A stretch of DNA of 64,000 nucleotides, taken from Mustelus asterias. Lineage: Eukaryota. Positions 26,889-37,939 of this stretch are shown piece after piece; positions within the stretch are counted from its first letter, which is position 1, and each line of letters starts with the position of its first letter. Under the pieces are notes generated by a model. It was not told where the DNA came from. It made no database searches and worked only from the letters and a program-made list of their open reading frames with translations. The DNA lies in assembly GCF_964213995.1 (NCBI RefSeq), contig NC_135822.1:65224001-65288000 (forward strand), given 5' to 3'. The position numbers and the translations under genes are program-made.

Positions 26889-27477
26889 GCCAGTGAGAGA
26901 TACAACTTGGGTGAGAAGCATCAAGTAAATGCTGAAGAATCCTCCAGAAGAAAACTGTTTCAAACTGTGCCAAACGAGAAGCCTTTGTGTCAAGCTCGTG
27001 GTAACTTTGGGAGGCAAGGGATGAGATTGCAGAGCCTTTGGCTTTGATCTTTGGGTCCTCGCTGTCCACGGGGATGGTGCCAGAGGACTGGAGAATGGCG
27101 AATGTTGTTCCTCTGTTTAAGAAAGGGAATAGAAATGACCCTGGTAATTATAGACCGGTTAGTCTTACTTCGGTGGTTGGTAAGTTGATGGAAAAGGTCC
27201 TTAGGGATGGGATTTACAACCATTTATAAAGATGCGGATTAATCCGGGATAGTCAGCACGGATTCGTGAAGGGCAAGTCGTGCCTCACAAATTTGATCGA
27301 ATTTTTTGAGGAGGTAACCAAGTGTGTTGATGAAGGTAGGGCAGTTGATGTCATATACATGGATTTTAGTAAGGCGTTTGATAAGGTCCCCCATGGTCGG
27401 CTTATGATGAAAGTGAAGAGGTGTGGGATAGAGGGAAAGTTGGCCGATTGGATAGGTAACTGGCTATCTGATCGAAG

Positions 27478-27735
27478 TCATGATGTGGAGATGCCGGCGT
27501 TGGACTGGGGTAAACACAGTAAGAAGTCTCACAACACCAGGTTAAAGTCCAACAGGTTTATTTGGTAGCAAATACCATAAGCTTTCGGAGCACTGTTCCT
27601 TCGTCAGATGGAGTGGAAATGTGCTCTCAAACATTCCACTCCATCTGTCGAAGGAGCAGTGCTCCGAAAGCTTATGGTATTTGCTACCAAGTAAACCTGT
27701 TGGACTTTAACCTGGTGTTGTGAGACTTCTTACTG
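27478..27735 (-). mobile_element. Penelope-like palindromic mini-element (family A)
   Basis: ~39-nt tail 27478-27516, inverted arms 27517-~27622 / ~27631-27735; perfect 13-bp TSD TATCTGATCGAAG at 27465-27477 and 27736-27748. Confidence 0.9.
27575..27611 (-). ncRNA. Minimal hammerhead ribozyme motif (family A)
   Basis: ccat-CTGACGA-aggaacagtgctcc-GAAAGCTT-atgg; the mirror copy at 27641-27677 has a CTGTCGA core mutation. Confidence 0.65.
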
Positions 27736-29549
27736 TATCTGATCGAAGACAGAGGGTGGTGGTGGATGGAAAATTTTCGGATTGGAGGCAGGTTGCTAGC
27801 GGAGTGCCACAGGGATCAGTGCTTGGTCCTCTGCTCTTTGTGATTTTTATTAATGACTTAGAGGAGGGGACTGAAGGGTGGATCAGTAAATTTGCTGATG
27901 ACACCAAGATTGGTGGAGTAGTGGATGAGGTGGAGGGCTGTTGTAGGCTGCAAAGAGACATAGATAGGATGCAAAGCTGGGCTGAAAAATGGCAAATGGA
28001 GTTTAACCCTGATAAATGTGAGGTGATTCATTTTGGTAGGACTAATTTAAATGTGGATTACAGGGTCAAAGGTAGGGTTCTGAAGACTGTGGAGGAACAG
28101 AGAGATCTTGGGGTCCATATCCACAGATCTCTAAAGGTTGCCACTCAAGTGGACAGAGCTGTGAAGAAGGCCTATAGTGTGTAGGCTTTTATTAACAGGG
28201 GGTTGGAGTTTACGAGCCATGGGGTTATGCTGCAACTGTACAGAACCTTGGTGAGACCACATTTGGAATATTGTGTGCAGTTCTGGTCACCTCACTATAA
28301 GAAGGATGTGGAAGCGCTGGAAAGAGTGCAGAGGAGATTTACCAGGATGCTGCCTGGTTTGGAGGGTAGGTCTTATGAGGAAAGGTTGAGGGTGCTCGGG
28401 CTGTTCTCTCTGGAGCGGAGGAGGCTGAGGGGAGACTTAATAGAGGTTTATAAACTGATGAAGGGGATAGATAGAGTGAACGTTCAAAGACTATTTCCTC
28501 AGGTGGATGGAGCTATTACAAGGGGGCATAACTATAGGGTTCATGGGGGTGGGAGATATAGGAAGGATATCAGAGGTAGGTTCTTTACGCAGAGAGTGGT
28601 TGGGGTGTGGAATGGAACATTTAAGCGGTTATTGGATAGGCACATGGAGCACACCATGATGATAGGGAGTGGGATAGCTTGATCTTGGTTTCAGATAAAG
28701 CTCAGCACAACATCGTGGGCCGAAGGGCCTGTTCTGTGCTGTACTGTTCTGTGTTCTATGTTCTAACTCTTCAGAAGCTCATGTGTCTGTAAGGTGTTGC
28801 TGGGGTAAAGAAATAGTGTGAATCTGAGTCATCTTCTTGTGTTTGTATTGAGATCTTTCCAACACATTTATGTCTGGTGTAATATGGCTAATTTTTCTTG
28901 TTTAATTAATACTTTATTCTTTGTGTGATGAGTTCACGAGTAGACTCCTGTGAATTTGTTCAGTAACTTTCCTCCATGGCTTATCTAAAAAAAGTTAGGA
29001 TCTCTCACACCAGGTTTCACTCTGGAATCTGACGTCCAGTTTGAACATCAGCTGGGATTGTCACAGTCAGACAGCGAGAACTAAATACTTCAGAAAGCCA
29101 AAAGGAGTATAGATTGAGAAGGTGTGAAATCAAAAAAAGGAAATTAGAAAAGCAAATTGGGGCAAGAATCAATATTGGCAAATAAAATCAAGGAGAACCC
29201 AAAGATATTTTATTAATACATGAAGAGTAAGAGGATAACTAAGGTAGGACCTATAAAAGACCAAATAGGTGGAGGATGTGGGTATGGTGCTTAATGAATA
29301 CTTTGCATCTGTCTTCACAAAAGAAGGGGACAATGCAGACATTGTATATTCAGAGGAATGTGAAGTATTGGATGTGATAAACATAGGGAGAGAAGAAGTA
29401 TGAAGGGCATTAACATTCTCGAAAGTAGATAAATCATGAGAGCCGGATGAAATGTACCACAACTTGAGTACTGTGTGGTGTTAAAATAAGGTAAGAAGTT
29501 TAACAACACCAGGTTAAAGTCCAACAGGTTTATTTGGTAGCAAAAGCCA

Positions 29550-29586
29550 CACAAGCTTTCGGAGCTCCAAGCCCCTTCTTCAGGTG
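29550..29586 (-). ncRNA. Minimal hammerhead ribozyme motif (mirror copy)
   Basis: Reverse complement of 30892-30928. Confidence 0.7.
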
Positions 29587-29795
29587 AGTGGGAATTCTGT
29601 TCACAAACAGAGCATATAAAGACACAAACTCAATTTACATGAATAATGGTTGGAATGCGAATACTTACAACTAATCAAGTCTTTAAGAAACAAAACAATG
29701 TGAGTGGAGAGAGCATCAAGACAGGCTAAAAAGATGTGTATTGTTTGCAGACAAGACAGCCAGTGAAACTCTGCAGGTCTAGGCAACTGTGGGGG

Positions 29796-30234
29796 TTACA
29801 AATAGTGTGACATGAACCCAATATCCCGGTTGAGGCCGTCCTCGTGTGTGCGGAACTTGGCTATCAGTTTCTGCTCAGCGACTCTGCGCTGTCGTGTGTC
29901 GCGAAGGCCGCCTTGGAGAACGCTTACCCGAATATCAGAGGCCGAATGCCCGTGACCGCTGAAGTGCTCCCCAACAGGAAGAGAACAGTCTTGCCTGGTG
30001 ATTGTCGAGCGGTGTTCATTCATCCGTTGTCGCAGCGTCTGCATAGTTTCCCCAATGTACCATGCCTCGGGACATCCTTTCTTGCAGCGTATCAGGTAGA
30101 CAACGTTGGCCGAATTGCAAGAGTATGTACCGTGTACCTGGTGGATGGTGTTCTCACGTGAGATGATGGCATCTGTGTCGATGATCCGGCACGTCTTGCA
30201 GAGGTTGCTGTGGCAGGGTTGTGTGGTGTCATGG
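29796..30234 (-). pseudogene. GIY-YIG endonuclease C-terminal fragment of a Penelope-like ORF (left arm, frame open)
   Basis: PCHSNLCKTC Cys-rich linker, NVVYLIRC, WYIGET, RMNEH, EHF, AEQKLI, GLN motifs; no RT domain and no native start. Confidence 0.9.
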
Positions 30235-30244
30235 TCACTGTTCT

Positions 30245-30682
30245 CCATGACACCACACAACCCTGCCACAGCAACCTCTGCAAGACGTGCCGGATCATCG
30301 ACATAGATGCCATCATCTCACGTGAGAACACCATCCACCAGGTACACGGTACACACTCTTGCAATTCGGCCAACGTTGTCTACCTGATACGCTGCAAGAA
30401 AGATGTCCCGAGGCATGGTACATTGGGGAAACTATGCAGACGCTGCGACAACGGATGAATGAACACCGCTCGACAATCACCAGGCAAGACTGTTCTCTTC
30501 CTGTTGGGGAGCACTTCAGCGGTCACGGGCATTCGGCCTCTGATATTCGGGTAAGCGTTCTCCAAGGCGGCCTTCGCGACACACGACAGCACAGAGTCGC
30601 TGAGCAGAAACTGATAGCCAAGTTCCGCACACACGAGGACGGCCTCAACCGGGATATTGGGTTCATGTCACACTATTTGTAA
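30245..30682 (+). pseudogene. GIY-YIG fragment (right arm), frameshifted
   Basis: Mirror of the left arm with a 1-nt deletion near 30403 (aagaaagatgtcc vs aagaaaggatgtcc). Confidence 0.9.
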
Positions 30683-30891
30683 CCCCCACAGTTGCCTAGA
30701 CCTGCAGAGTTTCACTGGCTGTCTTGTCTGGAGACAATATACATCTTTTTAGTCTGTCTTGATGCTCTCTCCACTCACATTGTTTTGTTTCTTAAAGACT
30801 TGATTAGTTGTAAGTATTCGCATTCCAACCATTATTCATGTAAATTGAGTTTGTGTCTTTATATGCTCTGTTTGTGAACAGAATTCCCATT

Positions 30892-30928
30892 CACCTGAAG
30901 AAGGGGCTTGGAGCTCCGAAAGCTTGTG
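30892..30928 (+). ncRNA. Minimal hammerhead ribozyme motif
   Basis: cac-CTGAAGA-a-GGGGCT tgg AGCTCC-GAAAGCTT-gtg: helix I cac/gtg, core, helix II, palindromic AGCT helix III. Confidence 0.7.
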
Positions 30929-31778
30929 TGGCTTTTGCTACCAAATAAACCTGTTGGACTTTAACCTGGTGTTGTTAAACGTCTTACTGTGTTTACCCCA
31001 GTCAACGCCGGCATCTCCACATCGTGTTAAAATAAGTCAGGAAGGAAATTGTGGAGGGTCTGACCATTATTTTCCAATCCTCATTGGATACAAATGAGGT
31101 GCCGGAGGTTTGGAGAACTGCTAATGTTGCACCTTTGCTTAATAAGGGAGTGAGAGATAGACCAAATAATTACAAGCCAGTCTGTCTGACCTTGGTAGTG
31201 GACGAATTATTGGAATCAATTCTGAGGGACAGGATAAACCGTCACTCAGAAAGGCATGGATTAATCAAGGACAGTCTGCATGGACTTGTTAAGATAAGGT
31301 TGTGTCTGACTAATTTGGTTGAATTTTTTGAGGAAGTAACAAGAGGATTGATGAGGTTAGTGCAGTTGATGCAGTTTACGTCAATTTTAGCAAGGCTTTT
31401 GACCAATGTCCCACGTGGCAGACTGGTTAAAGAAATAAAATCCATGGGATCCTGGGAAATGCAGCAAGCTGGATACAAAATTGGCTCGGTGGAGGAACCA
31501 AAGGATAATTGGTGATGAATGTTTTTGTCACTGGGAGGCTGTTTCCAATGGGTTCCGTAGGACTCAGCACTGGGTCTCCTGCTTTTCATGGGAAATATTA
31601 ATGATTTAGAGATAAATGTCAGGGGAATGATTAATACATTTGCAGATGACACAAAATTGGCTGCATGGTTGACAGCGAGGAGGATTGTTGTAGATTACAG
31701 GAAGATAGCAATGGGCTGGTCGGGTGGGCAGAAAAGTGGCAAATGGAATTCAACCCAGAACAGTGTGAGGTGATGCAT

Positions 31779-31950
31779 CCAAAGACATGCAAGTTAGATG
31801 GATTGACCATGCTAAATTGTCCTTTTGTGTCCAAAGTTATGTAGGTAAGGGGATTTGCGGGGCAAATACTTTAGGTTACTGGAATAGGTTCTGGATGGGA
31901 TGCTCTGTCAGAGAGTCGGTGCAGACTCGATAGGCTGAATGGCCTTATGT
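31779..31950 (+). mobile_element. HE1-like V-SINE 3' half
   Basis: ccaaagacatgcaagttag...ccatgctaaattg...ggtgcagactcgat; matches 45505-45690. Confidence 0.7.
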
Positions 31951-32299
31951 GAGATATTAATTCTTGGGATAGCTGAGAATTTCAAGTGCTCAAAATAACA
32001 GTTCTGGAAAGTCAGGGCCTGAAGACAAGACAGAGGTATTTGAAATCTGCTTCGACAACATAAAGTTTCAGTTCAAATATGGAAAGGGTCCCTCACACAG
32101 GCGTGTGTTATTTTTAAAAAGTAATTATCAAAACAAAATTTCCACTACGAGGATAAATGAAGACAATTCTTCAAATTCGGGGACAGAAATCTCACTGGCA
32201 GCAGTTTGCAGAAGTTGTGCACAGGATCTGTCTGGATGGATTTCTGCTGTTCTGATGATGAAAGGAGGGGAAATGCAGAGGGAAAGTGGGGGGAACGTT

Positions 32300-32402
32300 T
32301 GTTCGGGGCGGAACCAGTCACTGTGGCTGTTGGAGCGGGGCCGGAAGCTGATGGAGTACGGAACGGAAGCAGGCATTGAGGGGTGATGGAGGCTGTGGGC
32401 AG
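32300..32402 (+). promoter_or_regulatory. TMEM230 promoter and probable non-coding exon 1
   Basis: Local CpG cluster, GC box ggggcgg (~32305), ETS-type CCGGAAG (32341) and CGGAAG (32364), donor cag|gtaacc at 32402/32403. Confidence 0.65.
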
Positions 32403-32665
32403 GTAACCGGAGCCGCAGGTTTAATGGCGTGAAGAGCGGATATCTTTGTGGATCAGAGTATCAGATGGTGTTCTGTTGCGCAGATGTGTCAGTGAGGATG
32501 TAGCTGGTAAATCCAGGGTGCATTTTGGCAAAGAGTCCATATCGCTGGGCTGGCGTCAGGCAACATGATGGCCAAAGATCATTGTGGAAGGGCCCAATTA
32601 GTTTAGTTTTTTCTGAGGAAAGGGAAAGTTACCACTTCTTTCGTCCACTGCCGTCCCCGGTCTGT

Positions 32666-33370
32666 GTAGAGTCGTAGAGATTTATAGCATGGAAACAGGC
32701 CCTCCGGCCCAACTTGTCCATGCTGCCCTTTTTTTTCAAACCCCTAAACTAATCCCAATTGCCCGCATTTGGCCCATATCCCTCTATACCCATCTTACCC
32801 ATGTAACTGTCTTTTTAAAAGATAAAATTGTACCCGCCTCTACTACTACTTCTGGCAGCTTGTTCCAGACATTCACCACCCTGTGTGTGAAAAAATTGCA
32901 GTAAGAAGTTTTAACAACACCAGGTCCTGAACACTCATCGGAAGAAGGAGCTTAAGGCTCCGAAAGCTTGTGGCTTTTGCTACCAAATAAACCTGTTGGA
33001 CTTTAACCTGGTGTTGTTAAACTTCTTACTGTGTTTACCCCAGTCCAACGCCGGCATCTCCACATAATGAAAAAATTGCCCCTTTGGACACTTTTATATC
33101 TCTCCCCTCTCATCTTAAACCTATGCCCTCTAGTTTTAGACTCCCCTCCCTTTGGGAAAAGATATCGACTATCTAGCTGATCTGTGCCCCTCATTATTTT
33201 GTAGACCTCTATAAGATCACCCCTCAGCCTTCGACGCTCCAGAGAAAAAAAGTCCCAGTCTATCCAGCCTCTCCTTATAACTCAAACCATCAAGTCTCGG
33301 TAGCATCCACGTAAATCTTTTCTGCACTCTTTCTAGTTTAATAATATCCTTACTAGTTTAATAATATCCT
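32666..33370 (-). mobile_element. CR1 3' fragment in TMEM230 intron 1, interrupted
   Basis: RGHRFK, RGNFF..RVV motifs on the minus strand. Confidence 0.85.
32900..33067 (+). mobile_element. Penelope-like mini-element (family B) with short inverted 5' arm
   Basis: 26-nt inverted arm, then direct 3' end with tail; 12-bp TSD TGAAAAAATTGC at 32888-32899 and 33068-33079. Confidence 0.85.
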
Positions 33371-33921
33371 GTGTGTGACTCCCCTTCAGAGAAAGCGCTG
33401 AAACCTCTCGACACTGAACATTGAAAGATTTCTTACCCTGGCTGCCTCAAAAAGCTTAACTATGCTTTGGTTTTGTTGGCTTTTTTTCTGATGTTCAGCC
33501 TTCACCAGGAATTTGGATGCTGGTGAGCTGGAGTGTAGAATAGCAATGTAACTCGATGCTACTCTGTTCAGTCTAGATAAGTATTACTTTCTAATGTATA
33601 AGGTTGGATTTATTATGCACTCTCCAAGAATTTGCAACCAGTGTGAGGTAGCTTTCTTGAGCTGGTCTTATTCCTTGGTCAAAAGTGGTCTTTTTTTTTT
33701 GTGCCCATTTTGCTTGGATATTTATCGAAGAACGTTTTTGTGTTGATGTCCAAATGTCTGTACAATGTAGCTTTGTCTTTTACTTGATTGTAGTGGGGGA
33801 ATGATTAGATTGTTCATGTGCTGCAGGTCTATGTATTTGCTATGTATTGTTCAGTGTCCATGTACAGTCTTGATAAATTAATTGTTTTATTATCTTGTTC
33901 CAGTTGTTGACGAGCTATGTT

Positions 33922-34020
33922 ATGATGCCTTCCCGTAACAACGCTGCTGCTGGGGGTTCCAGCAGCAAAGTGAAATACTCAAAACTTGCAGACAGTGATG
34001 AGGGTTATATCGATCTGCAG
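33922..34020 (+). CDS. TMEM230: TMEM230 first coding exon
   Basis: [33 protein letters not shown]; acceptor cag ending 33903, donor gttagt at 34021. Confidence 0.95.
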
Positions 34021-34756
34021 GTTAGTTCCTGACAATTACACTAAGTGTATGCAGCATATAGAAGTAATCATAAGTTCCTAGTTCATTTCATCTGGTAACT
34101 AGTTAAACAATTTTTTCACACTCTATGGTCATTGGCCAAGGCTTTAGTTGTCATTCTGACTCCTGCTTTACATTGAGGTAGTTGACCTTGACCAGAGCCA
34201 CCATTAGCCTTTGCAATGTAGGTTTAAGTAAGAATCCGTTTTGGTGCTACCTTGTTGCACAGTGCATCCTATTCTCGGTGAACATCAGATCTAAGGAGGA
34301 TTTATAGTGTTTGTGAGGGGCTTGACAGTTAAATAACCTGCCCACACTCAACTGGGCTTGGTGACGAAGAATGAAAATTTAAATGAGGTCCAGGAGCTGA
34401 ACCCCAGCAACAGTTAATATGTTCATATGAGGAGGGGGTATACCATGTATTCAGAGAGGGAAAGAAGATTATAAAGGCAGAAATTAGGCAGCAGGTGAAA
34501 GAAAGGCTTACATTTATCTCGTACCTTTCACAACCTTACGATGGATCCAAGCTACAACCAGTCAAGTAATTCTGAAGAGCAGTCATAAATATTAATTACG
34601 TTTTGGAAAATTTGTGGTTTATTTTTATTCAGTTGTGGGACATGGATGTTGTTGGCTGGCCAACATTTATTGCCCACCCAAACAATTTACATTTATGTGG
34701 TGCCTTTCTGATAATAAACCATGTAAGGTTATCAAATAATTTTCCTTTACCTGCAG

Positions 34757-34879
34757 TTTAAGAAACTTCCGACGAAAATTCCATATAAGGCAATTGCACT
34801 TGCAACCATCTTGTTTCTGATTGGCTCGTTGTTGATTACCATTGGTGCTCTCCTGTTGACTGGATACATCAACAGTTCG
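34757..34879 (+). CDS. TMEM230: TMEM230 second coding exon (TM1)
   Basis: [41 protein letters not shown]; ctgcag acceptor, gtaagt donor, phase 0. Confidence 0.96.
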
Positions 34880-35335
34880 GTAAGTTGCACACTGCTCCAC
34901 AGTCTCGGTTTTCAACTCTGTTCCCATTGAGAGAGACCGAATACTATACTTAGATGTTACAGTTCCTTTAAAGATAACTCTATTCTGTCTTAACTTCATG
35001 CACCTTTACTATTGCATCTCTGCAACAAGTTCCCTTTCCGAATCGTGTCTGGGATAAAATTGCTGGATTCAGGACAGTTCTGGCCTTCAAGCGTATGCCC
35101 ATTGGGAGCTGGATTATGACAGTCTAAATTTAGTTCATATAGGCTCTTTAAAGCAAGCAGAGGGAGACTTTCACTGCCATCAGCGTAGTCTGGATTTCGT
35201 ATCGCATCCAGTCAATTAAAAGGCCACCATCTACCTCAGTGGACAGTTATCTGTGCAAATCCTCTGTTTTACTGGACCAAGTATCTTACTTTTACAAAAG
35301 AAAACTAGTTATTCCATTTCTCTTTTCTCTTCCAG

Positions 35336-35476
35336 TACAGTGATACAACCTGGCCGGTGCTGATCATCGGGATCCTGGTTTTTCTTCCCGGCTTTTACCA
35401 TCTCCGGATTGCGTATTACGCCTCAAGAGGATACAGAGGCTACTCCTATGACGACATCCCAGACTTTGATGACTGA
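35336..35476 (+). CDS. TMEM230: TMEM230 last coding exon (TM2, stop)
   Basis: [46 protein letters not shown]; 33+41+46 = 120 aa in total. Confidence 0.97.
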   Translation, partial: YSDTTWPVLIIGILVFLPGFYHLRIAYYASRGYRGYSYDDIPDFDD

Positions 35477-35943
35477 AAACTGTTCTCTTCCTTTGGCTGA
35501 TTGCTGCATGCAGTCTGCTCCGAGGCTGTCTGTGATGGACAGAAAAAGAGAACTCACATTCCTAAAGGCTAGATTGAACCAAATGGAATTCCAGCTCTAT
35601 GACAATACTGCGGTTAATAAGGGTTAGCTTCACTCCCCTGCCAATCCCATATATATTTGCGACCTTCTGACTGATTTGGATATTTCCAAATACAAGTGTT
35701 GAAGTGTTTTCAAAGTACTTCTCCCTTTCTGCTAAAATCAGTTGACACAAATATGGCTATTATGAGCTGGTGTGTTTCCTTTGCACCAGGCGAGCTCGCA
35801 ACCAGAATCAAGTTTTCGCAGCACCAAGACTCCCGGATCACTCCCAATCAGTGAGAGCAAAGCACGGAAATCCAAAATTTAGTTTTCCTCATTTTGGAGA
35901 CACATATTGAAACTATCCAACCGTATTTTTATTAACTGTTTCA

Positions 35944-35949
35944 AATAAA
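35944..35949 (+). terminator. Candidate proximal poly(A) signal of TMEM230
   Basis: AATAAA ~470 nt after the stop, followed by a gtgttttctt T-rich element. Confidence 0.45.
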
Positions 35950-37283
35950 TGAGATGGAGTACTTATACTAAGTGTTTTCTTGGGCTGTCATGTACTAAGG
36001 AATAGGTTATGTTTGAGCCTGATCAGGTGTTTTCTTTTGTAGTTAAGCCTCTGCGTTATGTTCCACTGAATTGCATTTTAAGCACCCTCATTATGAAAGG
36101 GAGGTCTGTCATTGACATTACAAAACTTTGCAGGAATTTTCCAGTTTTGTTTCTAGGATTTCAGTAGTGAGATGATTGTTGGCTGAAATTTTTGTACTGT
36201 GTCCACTTGAAGTATGAAAGACCCTTCCAAACCTGAGATGTGTCGGGACAGTGAAGTGCTGGTGGATGCACACAAAATATTTTGCACAGCATAGAAGTGT
36301 GTCGACTCAGTGAACTTTTCTATTTTGTCTTCATCCTGAATTTCCAGTTTTCTGGGCTTGAAAGGCAGATAATGGGATAATGTGTTATATTTACACAAAG
36401 CTTCAAAATCAGTTGGGGAAAATGAATTGAAACGGGTCCTGCTTCATTGGTAGCCCATTCACTCGGGTCTCAGGCTGATTTACATGCAAATGCTGTGATG
36501 GATTTTATTTTGTGATTTGAAAAGTGTAAGTATGATAAACTTCACATATAAGCCTTGGATGCCTTAAAATCAAGTGACGTTGCAATATAGGCCTGTAAAT
36601 TTCATTTGAGGTTTTCCGTTCAAGCAGTCTTCATGTTGCAAAACAAAATCCCTTCAATGTCAGTCTGTAATTGGATTGGGTCTTCTGTTGACCTGCCCTC
36701 CCCCATTCCTGGTTTGACTTGTTGGTTTCACACTTACTGCAAACTCATATTTGCTACTAACAATCTATCGGATAGAGGAATCAAGTCCGTATGTACCAGG
36801 ATGTTGAAATGCCTAGGGTCATCCTAGCTGCCTGTCTGCACTTAGACTTAAGATAGCAGATAGAACATGAACACTGGTGGGAACCGGCTAGCTTTTACGC
36901 CCACAGTCTTTCTGCCAGAGACTGGTCCCAAAGCTTTCTTGGGTTTTGCATAATGTGGGCACTGGTGTCAACCCTTTTATCCTGCAGATCTTCCGCTAAC
37001 TGCCATTTGTGGCAGCGCTTTCGCATGAAAGGATACAAAAGTTGAACATGTTTGTGTTCAGTTTGGAATTGAGCTTGGCTACCATTTTCCTTCTGTCGAA
37101 GAAGAATGTCAGCAGGTGATATTATTCAAGGCAGAGATAGACAGGCTTCTGATAGATAAGGGAGTCAAGGATTATGGGGAGAAGAAGATAAAGTGGAGTT
37201 GACACCACAGCCAGATCAGTCATGATCTTATTGAATGGTGGAGCTCAAAGGACTGAATGTGGCCTCCTGTGTGTAAGTTCCTA

Positions 37284-37533
37284 GTAAGAAGTCTCACAAC
37301 ACCAGGTTAAAGTCCAACAGGTTTATTTGGTAGCAAATACCATAAGCTTTCGGAGCGCTGCTCATTCGTCAGATGGAGTGGTTATCTGTTCTCAAACAGT
37401 GCAAACAGACACAGAAATCAAATTACAGAATACTGATTAGAATGCAAATCTCTACAGCCAGCCAGGTCATAAATGTACAGACAATGTGGGTGGAGGGAGC
37501 ATTCAACACAGGTTAAAGAGTTGTGTATTGTCC
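37284..37533 (-). mobile_element. Penelope-like single-arm insertion (family A), no tail
   Basis: 12-bp TSD TGTAAGTTCCTA at 37272-37283 and 37534-37545; hammerhead-like motif at 37340-37376 (minus). Confidence 0.85.
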
Positions 37534-37933
37534 TGTAAGTTCCTATACAAGGTGGGGCTTATTCTGTTGCAAGATGACGTTTCTTGATGAGGAACAATGC
37601 ACAGAAGTAGACTAGGGACAGTCTGAAGTGATGCATTTCTTGTTTGATTTGTCACTGATCCCTTTGTTCACTCTTACTTTCTCTCCCTATGTTTAACATC
37701 TCAATTGAAATTACCCAATCAACAGAGGTGGATCAGCCTCCTGGTGCTGCTGTGGTAATCCTATTGAATGATGATCAGTTTCTTCTCTATATTTTAATCT
37801 ATTAAACAGTGCAGTATTGAGCATGATCAGTGATGCTGATTTGAAGGGATTTTCTGTAAAAGGATTTGTTGGCATTGGGCAAAAAATATTATTTTAGTTG
37901 TTTTACATTGTGCGAGCAGTGCATGATGCACTA

Positions 37934-37939
37934 AATAAA
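37934..37939 (+). terminator. Candidate distal poly(A) signal of TMEM230
   Basis: AATAAA with a GT/T-rich downstream element (tgtgtatgatttgttttcc). Confidence 0.5.

Larger units (their letters stand above)
26993..28764 (+). mobile_element. CR1 LINE, 5'-truncated, interrupted by a Penelope-like mini-element
   Basis: PEDW, YRPVSLTS, DFSKAFD, FADD, RPHLEYC motifs; (gttctat)-type tail. Confidence 0.95.
26428..29065. mobile_element. Probable solo LTR hosting a minisatellite and a CR1
   Basis: TG...CA ends with imperfect inverted termini (tgttttataatccc / gggattgtcaca); ~860 bp remain after removing the nested CR1; no clear TSD. Confidence 0.45.
29491..31023 (+). mobile_element. Penelope-like element (family B), 1533-bp palindromic insertion
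   Basis: Inverted arms 29491-30234 and 30245-30987, 10-nt spacer, 36-nt tail 30988-31023; 13-bp TSD GTGTTAAAATAAG at 29478-29490 and 31024-31036; GIY-YIG coding sequence in both arms. Confidence 0.95.
29075..31775 (+). mobile_element. Degenerate CR1 LINE split by the 1.5-kb palindrome
   Basis: ENPK..F, LNEYFASVFT before the insert; PEVW, YKPVCLT, FADD after it; many stops. Confidence 0.85.

Noticed and set aside
26724-27047. CRISPR-like array or repetitive protein ORF
   Set aside because: Head-to-tail 14-mer with no spacers in eukaryotic DNA; the ORF is a repeat artefact.
27478-27735. DNA-transposon MITE or miRNA hairpin (also 62731-62894, 13231-13426)
   Set aside because: For 27478 and 62731 the arms match the 3' end of the GIY-YIG element at 29491-31023; 13231 has the same one-sided tail, ~13-bp TSD and hammerhead-like layout.
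29796-30682. Host GIY-YIG nuclease gene pair
   Set aside because: Both are 5'-truncated Penelope ORF ends; their apparent N-termini come from reading through the opposite arm.
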